64,000 nucleotides of DNA from an uncultured Chloroflexia bacterium (lineage in GTDB: Bacteria; Chloroflexota; Anaerolineae; CG2-30-64-16), in NCBI GenBank assembly GCA_963810095.1, contig CAWEMM010000009.1, positions 480,001 through 544,000 on the forward strand, in the 5' to 3' direction. This document shows, in pieces, positions 18,529 through 28,857 of the stretch. The notes under the pieces were generated by a model that saw nothing but the letters and a program-made list of their open reading frames with translations, was not told where the DNA came from and did no database searches. The translations under genes were made by a program, and so were the position numbers. The number at the start of each line of letters is the position of its first letter. The first letter of the stretch is position 1.

Positions 18529-21270
18529 CTAGCGCCGCCCGAGATACCGGACCATGTCGTCCAGCATCAACGCGGCCAGCGGGTTGCTCTGCAGCTGGCG
18601 GCTGAGCCGGAAGGTACTGCCCATGAAGCGACCTTGGCCCATGGGGCGTTCGCCCACCAGCGCGACGGTCGAATGCAGCCAGCCCACCGCGAGCCCCGCG
18701 TGCACCTGCGTCGCGTACTCATAAGCCCGAAAGTTCTTCAGCACGTGTTCGGGGGTCAGGCCGTAGTACATGAAGTCCACGAGGCCGTCTCCCGGCAGGC
18801 TGCGGAACACACGGTCACGGTTCACCCACAACAGCGTGCTGGCCCAGTTGCCCTCCCACACTTCGTCTTCGCGTTCCTCGAGCCCGATGCCCGCCAAATA
18901 GGTGCGCCGCGATTTCTTGGTCTCGGCGAGCCAAAGCAGGCGCGAGCCACCAAGCACATGCTCACGCAGCGGGTCGGTTGCGATGCGGGCGACGATGACC
19001 GAAGCGTCCTCGGCGCGCTCCGCGAGCGAGTAGCCGATCGCAGCCAGTTCTTCGGCCATGTCGGGCGAGTAGAGCCGGAGCGCGGGATCGGGTTGCTGTC
19101 TCGGAGGGAAGAACCAGAGCTCGTGGTCGTTTTCGCTGATGACCATCCCGTCGGGCGCAACCAGCCGCAAGACAACCCGATGCGACCCGGCGCTGCTGAC
19201 CGCGGGCACGGTGAAGCGGGCGGTCCCCACGGGCGCGACGGAACCGCGGTCCAGGGCACTGACGGCGAAGGCGCCGGCCTTTCCCCTCTCGCGCAGCTCC
19301 CATTCGACGCGGCAGCCCTCCAGCGAGCGGCTCGCGTAGTGCGAGACAAACACCCGCAGGCGGACTTCTTCCCCGCTGTAGTAGGCGGTGCGGTTCAGCT
19401 GGGCGAAAACGAGGTCGTCGGCGTTGAATTGGGGCAGCGCGGCGGCCACTTGTTTCGGGTGGCGGTGCATGTCGAGGACGCCGTTGGCTTCCCAGTGTAC
19501 GTCGGTGAACTCGGTGACCACGTACCCCTGAATCGACGGATGGCGCCGCATCTCTTCGATCTGCGCCTTGAAAGCCTGCGTTTGCAGCCGCTGGCTCGCG
19601 CGCGTCAGCGCCCCAAATGTGCCGAAGGCGCGCTGCAGGTGGAAGGTGCGGAACCGCTCTTCGACGCCGTGGGGGTAGACCACGCCTTGGCCCCAGTCGT
19701 GGCCCGTTTCGAACCACCACGGCTCATGCCCCCCATAACCGGCATAGAGCTGGTCGAGGTCGGGCAAGCCCCAGTTGCCGAACTCCGACACGACCAGGGG
19801 CTCGTCGCCCCGGCGCCGGTTCTCGAGCGCAGCCGGCCGCTGCGCCGCGTGCCAGGGGTCCTTCATAAACTGGCGCACTTCCGGATAGTCGCGGTACAGG
19901 TGCGCGTAGGACCACCAGGGCCGCTTGGCGAACATGGCTACCCACTCTCGCCATTGGTTGAAGTGGTCGGGCATCGCATAATAGTTGTGGAAGTCCTCGA
20001 TGTCTGTTACGACGTGCGCGTTGCCCCAGCACGCGGAGTTGTCGACGACGAGACGGTTCGGATCGAACCCCTTCAGCCAATCGTACTCGGCTGCCAGCCA
20101 GGCCCGCTGCTGGGGATCGGTGATGTCGAGCCCCCAGTTTTCGTTGATGATGGTCCAGACGACGATCGAAGGATGATTCCAGTCGCGCAGCACCATCCCG
20201 CTGACCGTCTCGCGGGCGCGCCGCGTCGAGGCGTCGGTCAGACGGGCGTGGTTGGGCAGTTCCGTCCAGATAAGGAGGCCAAGACGGTCGGCCGCGTCGT
20301 AGTAGCGGGGGTCGGCGACCTTGATGTGGATGCGCAGGCAGTTAAATCCCATGGCGAGCGCCTGGCGCATCTCCGTTTCGATGTACTCGTAGGACGGGGG
20401 CGTGCTGATCAGCTCGGGGTAGTAGTCCTGGTCGAGCGCCGCACGCAGATAAAGCGGCCGGCCATTGAGCAGGAGCTTGCCCGCGTGCGCCTCGATGGTG
20501 CGGAAGCCGAACTGCGCATCGAGCGTGTCGCCCGACGAAGTCACGGTGATGCGCGCGGTGTAGAGATTGGGCGCGAGCACGTCCCACAGCAGGGGATCGG
20601 GCGTCACAACATCAAACGCGGTCGATGGCGACTCCTCGCTCCGGACTACTTCGCCCGAAGGCGCCAGAATCTCGCAGCGGACGCTCTCGCCTGCCGCCAA
20701 CTCCTCGCTTAATCCGACCTGCACTGCGACGCGTCCCGAGCAGGCGTCGGGTGTGACGCGGATGCGCTTTACGTGCACCCGCGGGCGTAGCTCCAGCCAC
20801 ACGGGCTGCCAGATGCCCGACAACATCCCGTACCACGACTGCTTGCCGTGGGGTATTTCGTTGAACATCTCCGCGGAGTCTTCGACCCGAACCACGAGAC
20901 GGTTTGAGCCCGGCCGGGCGACCGCGGTGATGTCGAGCTCGAAGGGAAGATAGCCGCCTTCGTGCGAGCCGACGGGCTGGTCGTTGACCCAGACCGCCGC
21001 GAGGTAATCGACGGCGCCGAAGTGCAGCACGATGCAGCGTTCGGGTTGCAGCCAGTCTGCCGGTAGCTCGAACGATCGGGTATACCAGGCGACGCCGGGG
21101 TAGTCACGCAGCTCAGCGCCTTGAGACTGCCAGGGGGCAGGAACGGTGATGGGGCGTGCGGCTGTCCCAACATCAATCGACCCCGGCGCCAAGGTTGCGT
21201 CGGGGTCGGTCTGGAACAGCCAGGGGCCCTCGCGGCCCCCGTCAAGCGATATCTGCTGCCGTTGCGTCAA
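18529..21270 (-). CDS. Glycoside hydrolase family 2
   Basis: LHFGAVDY, HEGGYLPF, FGFRTI, RDWNHPSIVVWTIINENWG, VSEFG. Confidence 0.92.
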   Translation of the reverse strand: MTQRQQISLDGGREGPWLFQTDPDATLAPGSIDVGTAARPITVPAPWQSQGAELRDYPGVAWYTRSFELPADWLQPERCIVLHFGAVDYLAAVWVNDQPVGSHEGGYLPFELDITAVARPGSNRLVVRVEDSAEMFNEIPHGKQSWYGMLSGIWQPVWLELRPRVHVKRIRVTPDACSGRVAVQVGLSEELAAGESVRCEILAPSGEVVRSEESPSTAFDVVTPDPLLWDVLAPNLYTARITVTSSGDTLDAQFGFRTIEAHAGKLLLNGRPLYLRAALDQDYYPELISTPPSYEYIETEMRQALAMGFNCLRIHIKVADPRYYDAADRLGLLIWTELPNHARLTDASTRRARETVSGMVLRDWNHPSIVVWTIINENWGLDITDPQQRAWLAAEYDWLKGFDPNRLVVDNSACWGNAHVVTDIEDFHNYYAMPDHFNQWREWVAMFAKRPWWSYAHLYRDYPEVRQFMKDPWHAAQRPAALENRRRGDEPLVVSEFGNWGLPDLDQLYAGYGGHEPWWFETGHDWGQGVVYPHGVEERFRTFHLQRAFGTFGALTRASQRLQTQAFKAQIEEMRRHPSIQGYVVTEFTDVHWEANGVLDMHRHPKQVAAALPQFNADDLVFAQLNRTAYYSGEEVRLRVFVSHYASRSLEGCRVEWELRERGKAGAFAVSALDRGSVAPVGTARFTVPAVSSAGSHRVVLRLVAPDGMVISENDHELWFFPPRQQPDPALRLYSPDMAEELAAIGYSLAERAEDASVIVARIATDPLREHVLGGSRLLWLAETKKSRRTYLAGIGLEEREDEVWEGNWASTLLWVNRDRVFRSLPGDGLVDFMYYGLTPEHVLKNFRAYEYATQVHAGLAVGWLHSTVALVGERPMGQGRFMGSTFRLSRQLQSNPLAALMLDDMVRYLGRR

Positions 21271-21381
21271 GGCGAGAACTCCTGAACATGCTTATGGTGC
21301 AGTGAAACCTGGCGGGGAAAGGTTCTGCCTTTTCCCGCCAGGTGATTGCCCGAACTGCCGAGTATAAACCGCGGATAAGTG

Positions 21382-22695
21382 CTACGCGGCCATCGCCAAC
21401 CCCACGGGTGCGGCCCGCAGCGGCATGGCGACCGGCGGGATTGGCCGCGCCATGTGCGCCTGGAACCGGTCCACGAGACCGGTCCGATGGCGGCGCAAGA
21501 TGCCGCTTTCGTCGAACGCCGCGTCGTACAGCCCCAAGTGGATCAGGTACTTGTTCAGCGGCTTGCGTCCACGTCGATACGCCCAGTCGATCATCGTGAA
21601 GAGCGGGAACCAGGTGTAGCCCACCACGGGCACGCCTTGCTCGCGCAGGCTGAAGACGCCGTTGATCGTCCCGTCCATCCAGGTCTCGCGGGCAGCGAGG
21701 CCGCCCAACGACGATGTCTCGGTGATCATGATGGGCCGCTCGTAACGGCTGTAAAGCTCGGCCGACGCGGCCGCCAGGTGACCGCCGTGGGTTTTGACCG
21801 GCTTCCCGATCATTGTCCCGTCGGCCTTCGGCGCCATCTCCTTCGCCGACCAGGGGTAGAAGTTCGCCCCTAGCACGTCATAGCTGACCGCGTGCTCGCC
21901 GAACCACGCCAGGTCGGCGTCGGTCAGCCCGTGGCGCCGCAGCCGCGTGAGCAGCGGGTGGCCGTCGCCTACCCGGCCCATGGTCAGGTCCAGGCTGATG
22001 AACTGCAGCTCGTTGCTCAGGCGCACGCGCTCTTCCAGAGCCGGCACCTGCGTCGAGTTGCGCCACAGTGCCTCGACCTGCACGGTCTGCCATTCCGGTC
22101 GCACCGCGCGAATCGCTTCCATCGTCGCGACGATGCCCCGGGCAAGGGCCAGGATCATTTTGAAGTAGCCGTCGTCGCCGTGGAGGTACGGCGGCCACAG
22201 CCCGTCGAAACCGCACATGCCGGCGTTCACGAGCGGCTCGTTCAATGGCGTGTACCAGTGGACCAGGTCACCGTAGCGCCGCGCCACTGCCGTCGCATAT
22301 TCGGCAACCGCCTCGGGATAGCAGCAGTTGATAAAACTGTTCTCCATCCACAGGGGCGTGCCGTAGTGCATGATGTCAAGGATGGGCGTGATGCCCTTGA
22401 CGTTTACCAGGTAATCGAGCGCGGCGTCGGACCACGACCAGTCCCAAACACCCGGCTTGGGTTGGACCTTGTACCATGGGATGCCCCAGCGCACGGCTTG
22501 CACGCCGCTCTCGGCCACCAGGTCGAAGTCCGATTTCCACTGCGCATAATGCTGCGTCAGTTCGTACTCATCGAGCGCCCGCAGCCCGGGCCGGGCGTGC
22601 GGGATGAAAGTATCTTCAATGCCGGTGGCCCAGGTAAAGCCGCCGCGAGCGGCGAAGCCAAGAGCATCGCCAATAGGGGGGAGAGATGCGTCCAT
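21382..22695 (-). CDS. Glycoside hydrolase family 1-like beta-glycosidase
   Basis: RWGIPW, MHYGTPLW, YTPLNEP (acid/base), IMITET (nucleophile), VVGYTWFP. Confidence 0.85.
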   Translation of the reverse strand: MDASLPPIGDALGFAARGGFTWATGIEDTFIPHARPGLRALDEYELTQHYAQWKSDFDLVAESGVQAVRWGIPWYKVQPKPGVWDWSWSDAALDYLVNVKGITPILDIMHYGTPLWMENSFINCCYPEAVAEYATAVARRYGDLVHWYTPLNEPLVNAGMCGFDGLWPPYLHGDDGYFKMILALARGIVATMEAIRAVRPEWQTVQVEALWRNSTQVPALEERVRLSNELQFISLDLTMGRVGDGHPLLTRLRRHGLTDADLAWFGEHAVSYDVLGANFYPWSAKEMAPKADGTMIGKPVKTHGGHLAAASAELYSRYERPIMITETSSLGGLAARETWMDGTINGVFSLREQGVPVVGYTWFPLFTMIDWAYRRGRKPLNKYLIHLGLYDAAFDESGILRRHRTGLVDRFQAHMARPIPPVAMPLRAAPVGLAMAA

Positions 22696-22887
22696 CTGGT
22701 AAGCTGCACCTTGTGCACAAGTTGGGTGTGTTTGCGCGGGCGGATGTGCTGGCGAAATGAAGTGCGGAGGTCAAGTTGCAGCTTGACCGCTGGGGATCCT
22801 CACACGACACGCTCGCGCCTCTATGACGTCAGACTGCGTTGAAAAGTTCATGGTCTACACTAGACGATAGACATTACATTATGAATT

Positions 22888-24195
22888 TCATGGCGCAGGT
22901 TGCGGGCCGGTCAGCGGACCGACGACGACGGGCTTGCCGTCCTGCCAGTCGAGCCGGTTCATCCACATCTGGCGGCGGTCACCCCGACGCCCGCCTGCGA
23001 GGACTTCCCAGGCATGGTATACCAGCCAGTCCTGCCCATCGAGTTGAATAATAGTCTGATGGCCCGGACCGACGACCATGTTGGGCGGGGGCTGCATCTG
23101 GCTCTTCAGGATCGGGTTTTCTGGGGCATCCGTGCAGGGGCCCAGTGGGCCCTCGCAGGTAGCATAACCGACCGCGTATTCCACCCCGGCGTAGTTGTTG
23201 GCCGAGTAGAACAGGTAATACTTCCCGTCGTGCTTGAACATAGTGGGGGCTTCAATCACGCTGCCTTCCCACTGCTTGTCGTTGCGCACCAGGCGGACCG
23301 GCTCGCCAACGAGGCTTAACCCGTCGGGAGCCAACTCCTGCGCATAGATGTACGTAGGGATGCCGCAACAGTTGCCGTCGTTTTTATAGTACAGGTAGCG
23401 CTTATCGCCGTCGGCAAATGGATCGGGGTCGATCGTCCCGCCCTCTTTTGCCTGGCAGACGAGGGGCTTGTCCGAGGTATCCTTGAACTTGCCCTCAGGC
23501 TTGGTCGAAACCGCCGCGCCCACGCACTGCTTGTTCGAAGCCTTGTCCCGCGCAGTATAATACATCACATAATTTTGTGCAACTTTTGCTACTTCCGGTG
23601 CCCACACCAGCGATCCGCCCGGTTTGGCCCACTTGGCCAGCGCGGGCATCGCGTCGGGCAACAGCTCCCACTTCAGCAGGTCCTTCGATCGCCCGGTTTG
23701 GATGTTCTTGCCGTTGGCGTTGGTCGCATACGCATACCAGTATCCATCGTCGGCTTTCAGCAAAAACGGGTCCGCGAAGTTCTCCCGCAGGATGGGGTTC
23801 TCGAAGGAGGCTCCCGAGGCCGCCGGCGTCCCTGCTGCCGGGGTTCCGGGCGCCGGGGTCACCGTTTCACCGGCATTGATGGGTGGCGCCACCGCGGTCA
23901 TAGCAGGCGAAGTCGGCGGCACGGGCTGCGGCGTCGGCGACGCGCCGCTCGGCGTCGGGGTTGGCGTGAACGTGGCGGTCGGCGTCGGGGTGGTCGTCCC
24001 GGGTGCCGGGGTCGCAGTCGCCGTCCCGGGTCCCGCAGTCGGCGTTGGCGTGAAGCTGGGCGTCGGCGGCGGCGCAGTCAGCGGCTCCGTAAGCCCACGG
24101 TCGCCCGGCTGCAAGCCGTTGCAGCCCGCCAGCAGGATGAGGAGCACCAGCAGCAGAGCCGCGGCTGCCCGGTGCGAGATCGGCGTCTTCTTCAT
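22888..24195 (-). CDS. GH43 lipoprotein with Pro/Thr-rich linker
   Basis: Lipobox LAGC; PT repeats; FADPF, WAPEV, IDP, IEAP, GPGH. Confidence 0.9.
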   Translation of the reverse strand: MKKTPISHRAAAALLLVLLILLAGCNGLQPGDRGLTEPLTAPPPTPSFTPTPTAGPGTATATPAPGTTTPTPTATFTPTPTPSGASPTPQPVPPTSPAMTAVAPPINAGETVTPAPGTPAAGTPAASGASFENPILRENFADPFLLKADDGYWYAYATNANGKNIQTGRSKDLLKWELLPDAMPALAKWAKPGGSLVWAPEVAKVAQNYVMYYTARDKASNKQCVGAAVSTKPEGKFKDTSDKPLVCQAKEGGTIDPDPFADGDKRYLYYKNDGNCCGIPTYIYAQELAPDGLSLVGEPVRLVRNDKQWEGSVIEAPTMFKHDGKYYLFYSANNYAGVEYAVGYATCEGPLGPCTDAPENPILKSQMQPPPNMVVGPGHQTIIQLDGQDWLVYHAWEVLAGGRRGDRRQMWMNRLDWQDGKPVVVGPLTGPQPAP

Positions 24196-24203
24196 GGCCG
24201 AGC

Positions 24204-25082
24204 CTAGCCCTTCAACCCGGAAGTGGCGACAGACTGGACGACATAACGCTGCAGAAAGATGTAGATCAGCAGCACGGGCACGGCCACAATCACCGCCCCG
24301 GCCATCATCAGGCCGTACTCAGAGGTGTACGCGCCCTGGAGGGTGCGCAGCCCCGGCTGCAGCGTCTGCACGGCCCGGTCCTTCAGGACGAGGAGCGCCC
24401 ACAGGAAATCATTCCATGCGCCGAGGAACGTGATCACCGCCAAGGTCGCCAACGCGCCTTTGGTCAACGGCAGCACGACCTGCAGGAACGTCTGGAAAAG
24501 GCCCGCGCCGTCAATGTACGCGGCCTCCTCCAGTTCGTGCGGGATGGTCATAAAGAACTGGCGCATGAAATAGACGCCGAACACGCCCGCCAGCGCCGGG
24601 ATGATGACGCCGCTGAAGTGGTTCAACATCCCCAATTGGGCGACCGTCACGAAGTTCGGCACGAGAAACATCACGCCCGGCAGAAAGAGCGTCGCAATGA
24701 GCAGGGTCCACAGGATCTTCCGGCCGGGAAACTCGAGCCTGGCGTAGGCGTAGGCTGCCAGCGTATCGACCGCCAACACCACCACGGTCGTGATCGTCGA
24801 GACAATCAGGCTGTTCAGAAACCAGCGCCCGATGGGGGTCTGCGGGTTGTTCAGGATCTTAGTGTAATTCTCCAGCGTGACGACCTTGGGAATCCAATAA
24901 ATCTGCTGGGTGAACAACTGCGACTTGAGCTTGAACGACGTCGAGAACATCCACAGCATCGGAATGACGATGATGATCGCCACCAGCACCATGAGCGCGT
25001 AGATCAGCACGCGATTCAAGGTCTTTCGTGCGCGATAGCTAAGGAAGCGGGGCTCGCTCTGAGCTGCTTTGGTCGTTGTCAT
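24204..25082 (-). CDS. Carbohydrate ABC permease (MalG-like)
   Basis: IPHELEEAAYIDGA EAA motif, WNDFLW. Confidence 0.93.
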   Translation of the reverse strand: MTTTKAAQSEPRFLSYRARKTLNRVLIYALMVLVAIIIVIPMLWMFSTSFKLKSQLFTQQIYWIPKVVTLENYTKILNNPQTPIGRWFLNSLIVSTITTVVVLAVDTLAAYAYARLEFPGRKILWTLLIATLFLPGVMFLVPNFVTVAQLGMLNHFSGVIIPALAGVFGVYFMRQFFMTIPHELEEAAYIDGAGLFQTFLQVVLPLTKGALATLAVITFLGAWNDFLWALLVLKDRAVQTLQPGLRTLQGAYTSEYGLMMAGAVIVAVPVLLIYIFLQRYVVQSVATSGLKG

Positions 25083-25092
25083 CCTCGCGCTC

Positions 25093-26031
25093 CTACCGCT
25101 CCCGGCGCCGCAGCACCAGGTTATTGAGATACGAAAAGACGATCATAATTGCGGCCACGATGAACGACATGGCCGCCGCACGCCCCTGGAAAGGACGCAC
25201 AAAGCCCTCGTTGAAGATCTGCAGCATCACGGGCTGCGTCGCCCCGCCGCCGCTGGCCAAACGCGGGTCGCCGCGCGTCATCATCATGGGCTGCGCCAAC
25301 AGGTTGAACGACGCGATGATGGTGAGCGTGATGATAAAGACGAGCACCGGCTGGAGCATGGGCAGAGTAATGGACCAGAACGTGCTCCACCGGCCTGCGC
25401 CGTCAATCGATGCCGCCTCGTACAGCTCGGGCGGAATCTCCTGCAACGCGGCGAGGAGGATGATCATGTTGTAGCCCATCGTCCACCAGACGGTCGCGAT
25501 GACGATCGTCCACATGGCGTAGGGCATAGTCGACAGCCAGCGGGGGGTGTACAGCCCCAGTTGCTTGAGGTAGAAGTTCAGCAGGCCGCCCTGGCTCTGG
25601 AAAATCCACCACCAGATCAGCGAGATGACCGCAGCCGAGAGGACCCAGGGCGCGAAATAGAGCGCACGGAACGCATTTGCACCCTTGACGCGGGTGTTGA
25701 GCAGCAGCGCCAGGCCAAATGGTACGAGGATGAGGAACGGCACGCTGAGCAGCACGAACGTCACCGTGACCTTCATGGATTGCCAGAATTCACTCGCGGT
25801 GACCGTGCCGATGGTCAGCAGGTCTTTGTAGTTTTGGAGCCCAATGAACTTGGTCGCGTCGGGCCGGAGAAAGTCATATTCAAAGAAGCTCAGATAAAGC
25901 CCGCGAAAGAGCGGATAGCCAACGAACACCAGGAAGAAGATGAAGTGAGGCAGGAGAAACAAATAAGGCGTCAGGTTAGGGCGTCCGCGCCGCGTCACGG
26001 GCGCGTGCCTGGTCGTTGCTGTCGCTGCCAT
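25093..26031 (-). CDS. Carbohydrate ABC permease (MalF-like)
   Basis: FIGLQNY, LQEIPPELYEAASIDGA. Confidence 0.93.
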   Translation of the reverse strand: MAATATTRHAPVTRRGRPNLTPYLFLLPHFIFFLVFVGYPLFRGLYLSFFEYDFLRPDATKFIGLQNYKDLLTIGTVTASEFWQSMKVTVTFVLLSVPFLILVPFGLALLLNTRVKGANAFRALYFAPWVLSAAVISLIWWWIFQSQGGLLNFYLKQLGLYTPRWLSTMPYAMWTIVIATVWWTMGYNMIILLAALQEIPPELYEAASIDGAGRWSTFWSITLPMLQPVLVFIITLTIIASFNLLAQPMMMTRGDPRLASGGGATQPVMLQIFNEGFVRPFQGRAAAMSFIVAAIMIVFSYLNNLVLRRRER

Positions 26032-26057
26032 AGATCTCGCTCCTGACTGGAAGGCCA

Positions 26058-26100
26058 ACACAAAGACACGAAGAAGTCAGAGATCTTCGTGTCTTTGTGT
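26058..26100. repeat. REP-like perfect hairpin (17 bp stem)
   Basis: ACACAAAGACACGAAGA-N9-TCTTCGTGTCTTTGTGT downstream of the binding-protein gene. Confidence 0.8.
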
Positions 26101-26112
26101 CGTGCCGTTACC

Positions 26113-27591
26113 CTACTGGTTCTTCGGCGCGCTGCCGTACGTCGTCGCGTTCTGCTTAAGAATCTCATTGGCGCGGGTCGCCGCGTCGTCCAGTGCCTTC
26201 TTAATGTCGGTGGCGGTGCCGTTCATCACCGAGCCCACCGCTTCGCCCAGCGGGCCGAAGGCATCCGAGATGCCCGGCACAGGGGGCGGGAAGACGGGGT
26301 TTTCGAGCGAAGGCGCAATCACAGCCTGCGGGAGCGCCTTGAACGCATCGCTGTTGCGGGCTTTGTTGCTTGCCGGAATGTTGCCGGCCTTCGCCCACTC
26401 GGCCGAGTTGTCGATCAGGTACTTGATGAGCATGCCGGCGGCTGCGTCCTTGCAGGGGTCGATCGTCTTCTGAACACCCAGCGCCAGGAGCGGACCGCCC
26501 GCCCACACTGCCGGCTGGTCGCCGATCTGCGGCACCGAAGTCGCTTTACCCGCGAACTCGACGCCCGAGCCCGTCAGGTTGCTCAGCTGCCAGATGCCGT
26601 TCCACACCATGGCCGCATTGCCCGCCTTGAAGGCGTTGAGTTCCGCGTCGACTTCCAGGTTCGGCTCAGACCACTTGGACTGTGCATCCTTCATCCACTG
26701 CAGCGCCTTGACGCCCGCGTCGCTGTTCCACGTCGCTTGCGTGAAGTCCGAGCTGAACTCGGAACCGCCGTACTGGTGCAGAAGCATCTGGAAGATCTGC
26801 TGGACCGGGAAGCCGCCCGTGATGTCGAAGCCCTTCACGTCCCCTGCGGTCAGCTTGGTCGCGGCGTCCTCGAATTCCTTAGCGTTCGTAGGCGGTGCAC
26901 TGATGCCGGCCTTCTTGAGCAGGTCTTCGTTGTAGAACATGGTCATCGCGACGAAGCTGAGCGGGATAGCATACCGCTTGCCGGCCACTTCGCCCGCGTC
27001 CCACGCGACCTTCGGGAAGTCGTCGCCCGTGATGCCGATCTGCTTCACGACATCGTCCATCGGGCGAATCAGGTTACGGAAGGCGGCCGTGCCGACCACG
27101 TCCTCGTTCACGATCAGCACATCAGCCAGCGTGCCGGCCGCGGCCGCCGTCTGGTACTGGGTCATGTAGTCGGACTGCGTCGTCATCGTCACCTTGATGT
27201 TCGGATTCGCAGCGTTGAACGCGTCCACAAGCTGGCCCATGAACGGGCCGTCCGGGCCGGTGAAGGGATTCCAATAGTTCAAGGTGACATTGGTGCAGTT
27301 GCTGGGCAGGGTCGCAGCCCCACCGCCGGTGCTCGTGCCCCCCGTAGCCTCGGTGGCTGCGGGTGCAGTGGTCGCCGCCTCAGTGGCGGCGGGCGCCTCA
27401 GTAGCGGCCGGCGCGGTAGTTGCCGCAGGCGCTTCGGTAGCGACCGGAGCCGTCGTCGCGGCCGGCGCGGTGGTAGCTGCCGGCGCAGTGGTGGCCTGCT
27501 GTGCAGCGCCGCCTCCCCCGCCGCCGCAAGCGGTCAGGAGCATGCTCAGGATGACCAGGACGGGCAACACACTTACGAGAAACTTCTTCAT
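26113..27591 (-). CDS. Carbohydrate ABC solute-binding lipoprotein
   Basis: Lipobox LTAC; (APAATT/E)n linker; YWNPFTGPDG, FYNEDLL, NGIW. Confidence 0.92.
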   Translation of the reverse strand: MKKFLVSVLPVLVILSMLLTACGGGGGGAAQQATTAPAATTAPAATTAPVATEAPAATTAPAATEAPAATEAATTAPAATEATGGTSTGGGAATLPSNCTNVTLNYWNPFTGPDGPFMGQLVDAFNAANPNIKVTMTTQSDYMTQYQTAAAAGTLADVLIVNEDVVGTAAFRNLIRPMDDVVKQIGITGDDFPKVAWDAGEVAGKRYAIPLSFVAMTMFYNEDLLKKAGISAPPTNAKEFEDAATKLTAGDVKGFDITGGFPVQQIFQMLLHQYGGSEFSSDFTQATWNSDAGVKALQWMKDAQSKWSEPNLEVDAELNAFKAGNAAMVWNGIWQLSNLTGSGVEFAGKATSVPQIGDQPAVWAGGPLLALGVQKTIDPCKDAAAGMLIKYLIDNSAEWAKAGNIPASNKARNSDAFKALPQAVIAPSLENPVFPPPVPGISDAFGPLGEAVGSVMNGTATDIKKALDDAATRANEILKQNATTYGSAPKNQ

Positions 27592-27756
27592 TTGTGAATC
27601 TCCTCCTTGGAGTTCGGCTGGTGAATACACCAGTACGGATTGTCAACGCGCTTTGTTCCATCAGTCGAAGTCTGACAGTAGTCGTGCCGTTAAGCAGCCA
27701 TCACCTCCCTTCATTCATTGCTCAGACGTTGTGCTAGCATTGGCTCGCCGCTTCGG

Positions 27757-28719
27757 TTAACCTCTGTGATACCGGTAGCGCAGCAGCAGGTCCTGCGGAT
27801 AGTTGCCGAACTTGCTGCCAAACAGGTTGATGCCCCCAATGTTGAGTGCATCCTCGGGTACGCCAATACGGATGCTCAGCGTGCCGCCACTCCCGAGCTT
27901 GATCGTGTCCAGCGTCACGTCGGAGACGCGGACGCCGTCCACAAAGCTGCCACTCGGGGTGACCTTCCAGACTTTGAGCAGCCCGTACTGCGAGTTATCA
28001 CTGTCCCACCAAGCGGGGGTTAGCACCCCGCGGTTGCCCCCGAAATCCGCCGGGCTCGTCCACACGCCGATGCGCACCCCGTTGATCCAAACGGTAATAT
28101 CTGACGGCCAGTCACTATGATGCAGCGGGGCTTCGGAGCACGTCTCGAAGCTGAGCTCGAGCGCGTCCAATATCACGTTGGGCGGCACGCGGTTGGGGAA
28201 ACGGTATTCCACGTAGCCTTTGTGGAACCAGAGCAGTTGCGCCGAAAGGCGTTCCGGCTCGAAGAAGGCGGTGGGGTCGTCCAGATGGCCGATAATGCTG
28301 GTCGCGCTGACCAGGCCGCACGTAGGGATGGTGCGGGCGTCCACATAGGCGCCCAGCGGCATGGCAATTTCGGTCGCCAGCTCTTCTTGTTCACGATCAA
28401 ACGGCAGCTGGATCGTGACCCGGTCGTACATGCGCGCACACACTTTCTGCAAGCCGCGCGACGCGGGCCGGATCTCGGTGCGGATCAATCCCGCATGTTC
28501 CAGGATATTCACATGGAGGGTGACGGTGGATGGCGGCCAGCCGAGGGCGTCGGCGATTTCGAGGACGGAGCACGTGTGGGCGCCGAGGTACTGCAGGATG
28601 GCCAGGCGCTTATCGGAGCCGAGCGCCTTCAGCACCTCCTCGAACTCAACGATGTTTGAGCCCGAGGGCGTCAAGCTGAGGACTCGGCCGCTTTTGGGTT
28701 CCACCGGCTGTTCCGTCAT
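27757..28719 (-). CDS. ArsR-type HTH regulator with a large C-terminal domain (type found in sugar-utilisation loci)
   Basis: VLKALGSDKRLAILQYL...HVNILEHAGLI; PTCGL, CSEAP, WPSDI, NSQYGLLK. Confidence 0.8.
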   Translation of the reverse strand: MTEQPVEPKSGRVLSLTPSGSNIVEFEEVLKALGSDKRLAILQYLGAHTCSVLEIADALGWPPSTVTLHVNILEHAGLIRTEIRPASRGLQKVCARMYDRVTIQLPFDREQEELATEIAMPLGAYVDARTIPTCGLVSATSIIGHLDDPTAFFEPERLSAQLLWFHKGYVEYRFPNRVPPNVILDALELSFETCSEAPLHHSDWPSDITVWINGVRIGVWTSPADFGGNRGVLTPAWWDSDNSQYGLLKVWKVTPSGSFVDGVRVSDVTLDTIKLGSGGTLSIRIGVPEDALNIGGINLFGSKFGNYPQDLLLRYRYHRG

Positions 28720-28740
28720 CGCCAACCGCCTATTCGCTAA

Positions 28741-28857
28741 TTGAAACCGGAATATCCGTTTCAAAAGGCACAAATCGGCCATCTGCCGCCGACAAAGACG
28801 TTGAAAGGCCCCATGCAACGGCTAGGTCAGCCTAACTGCGTCATTTGACGCAGTTAG
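28741..28857. promoter_or_regulatory. Two palindromes in the divergent intergenic region
   Basis: TTGAAACCGGAATATCCGTTTCAA (28741-28764) and perfect CTAACTGCGTCA-TT-TGACGCAGTTAG (28832-28857). Confidence 0.5.
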
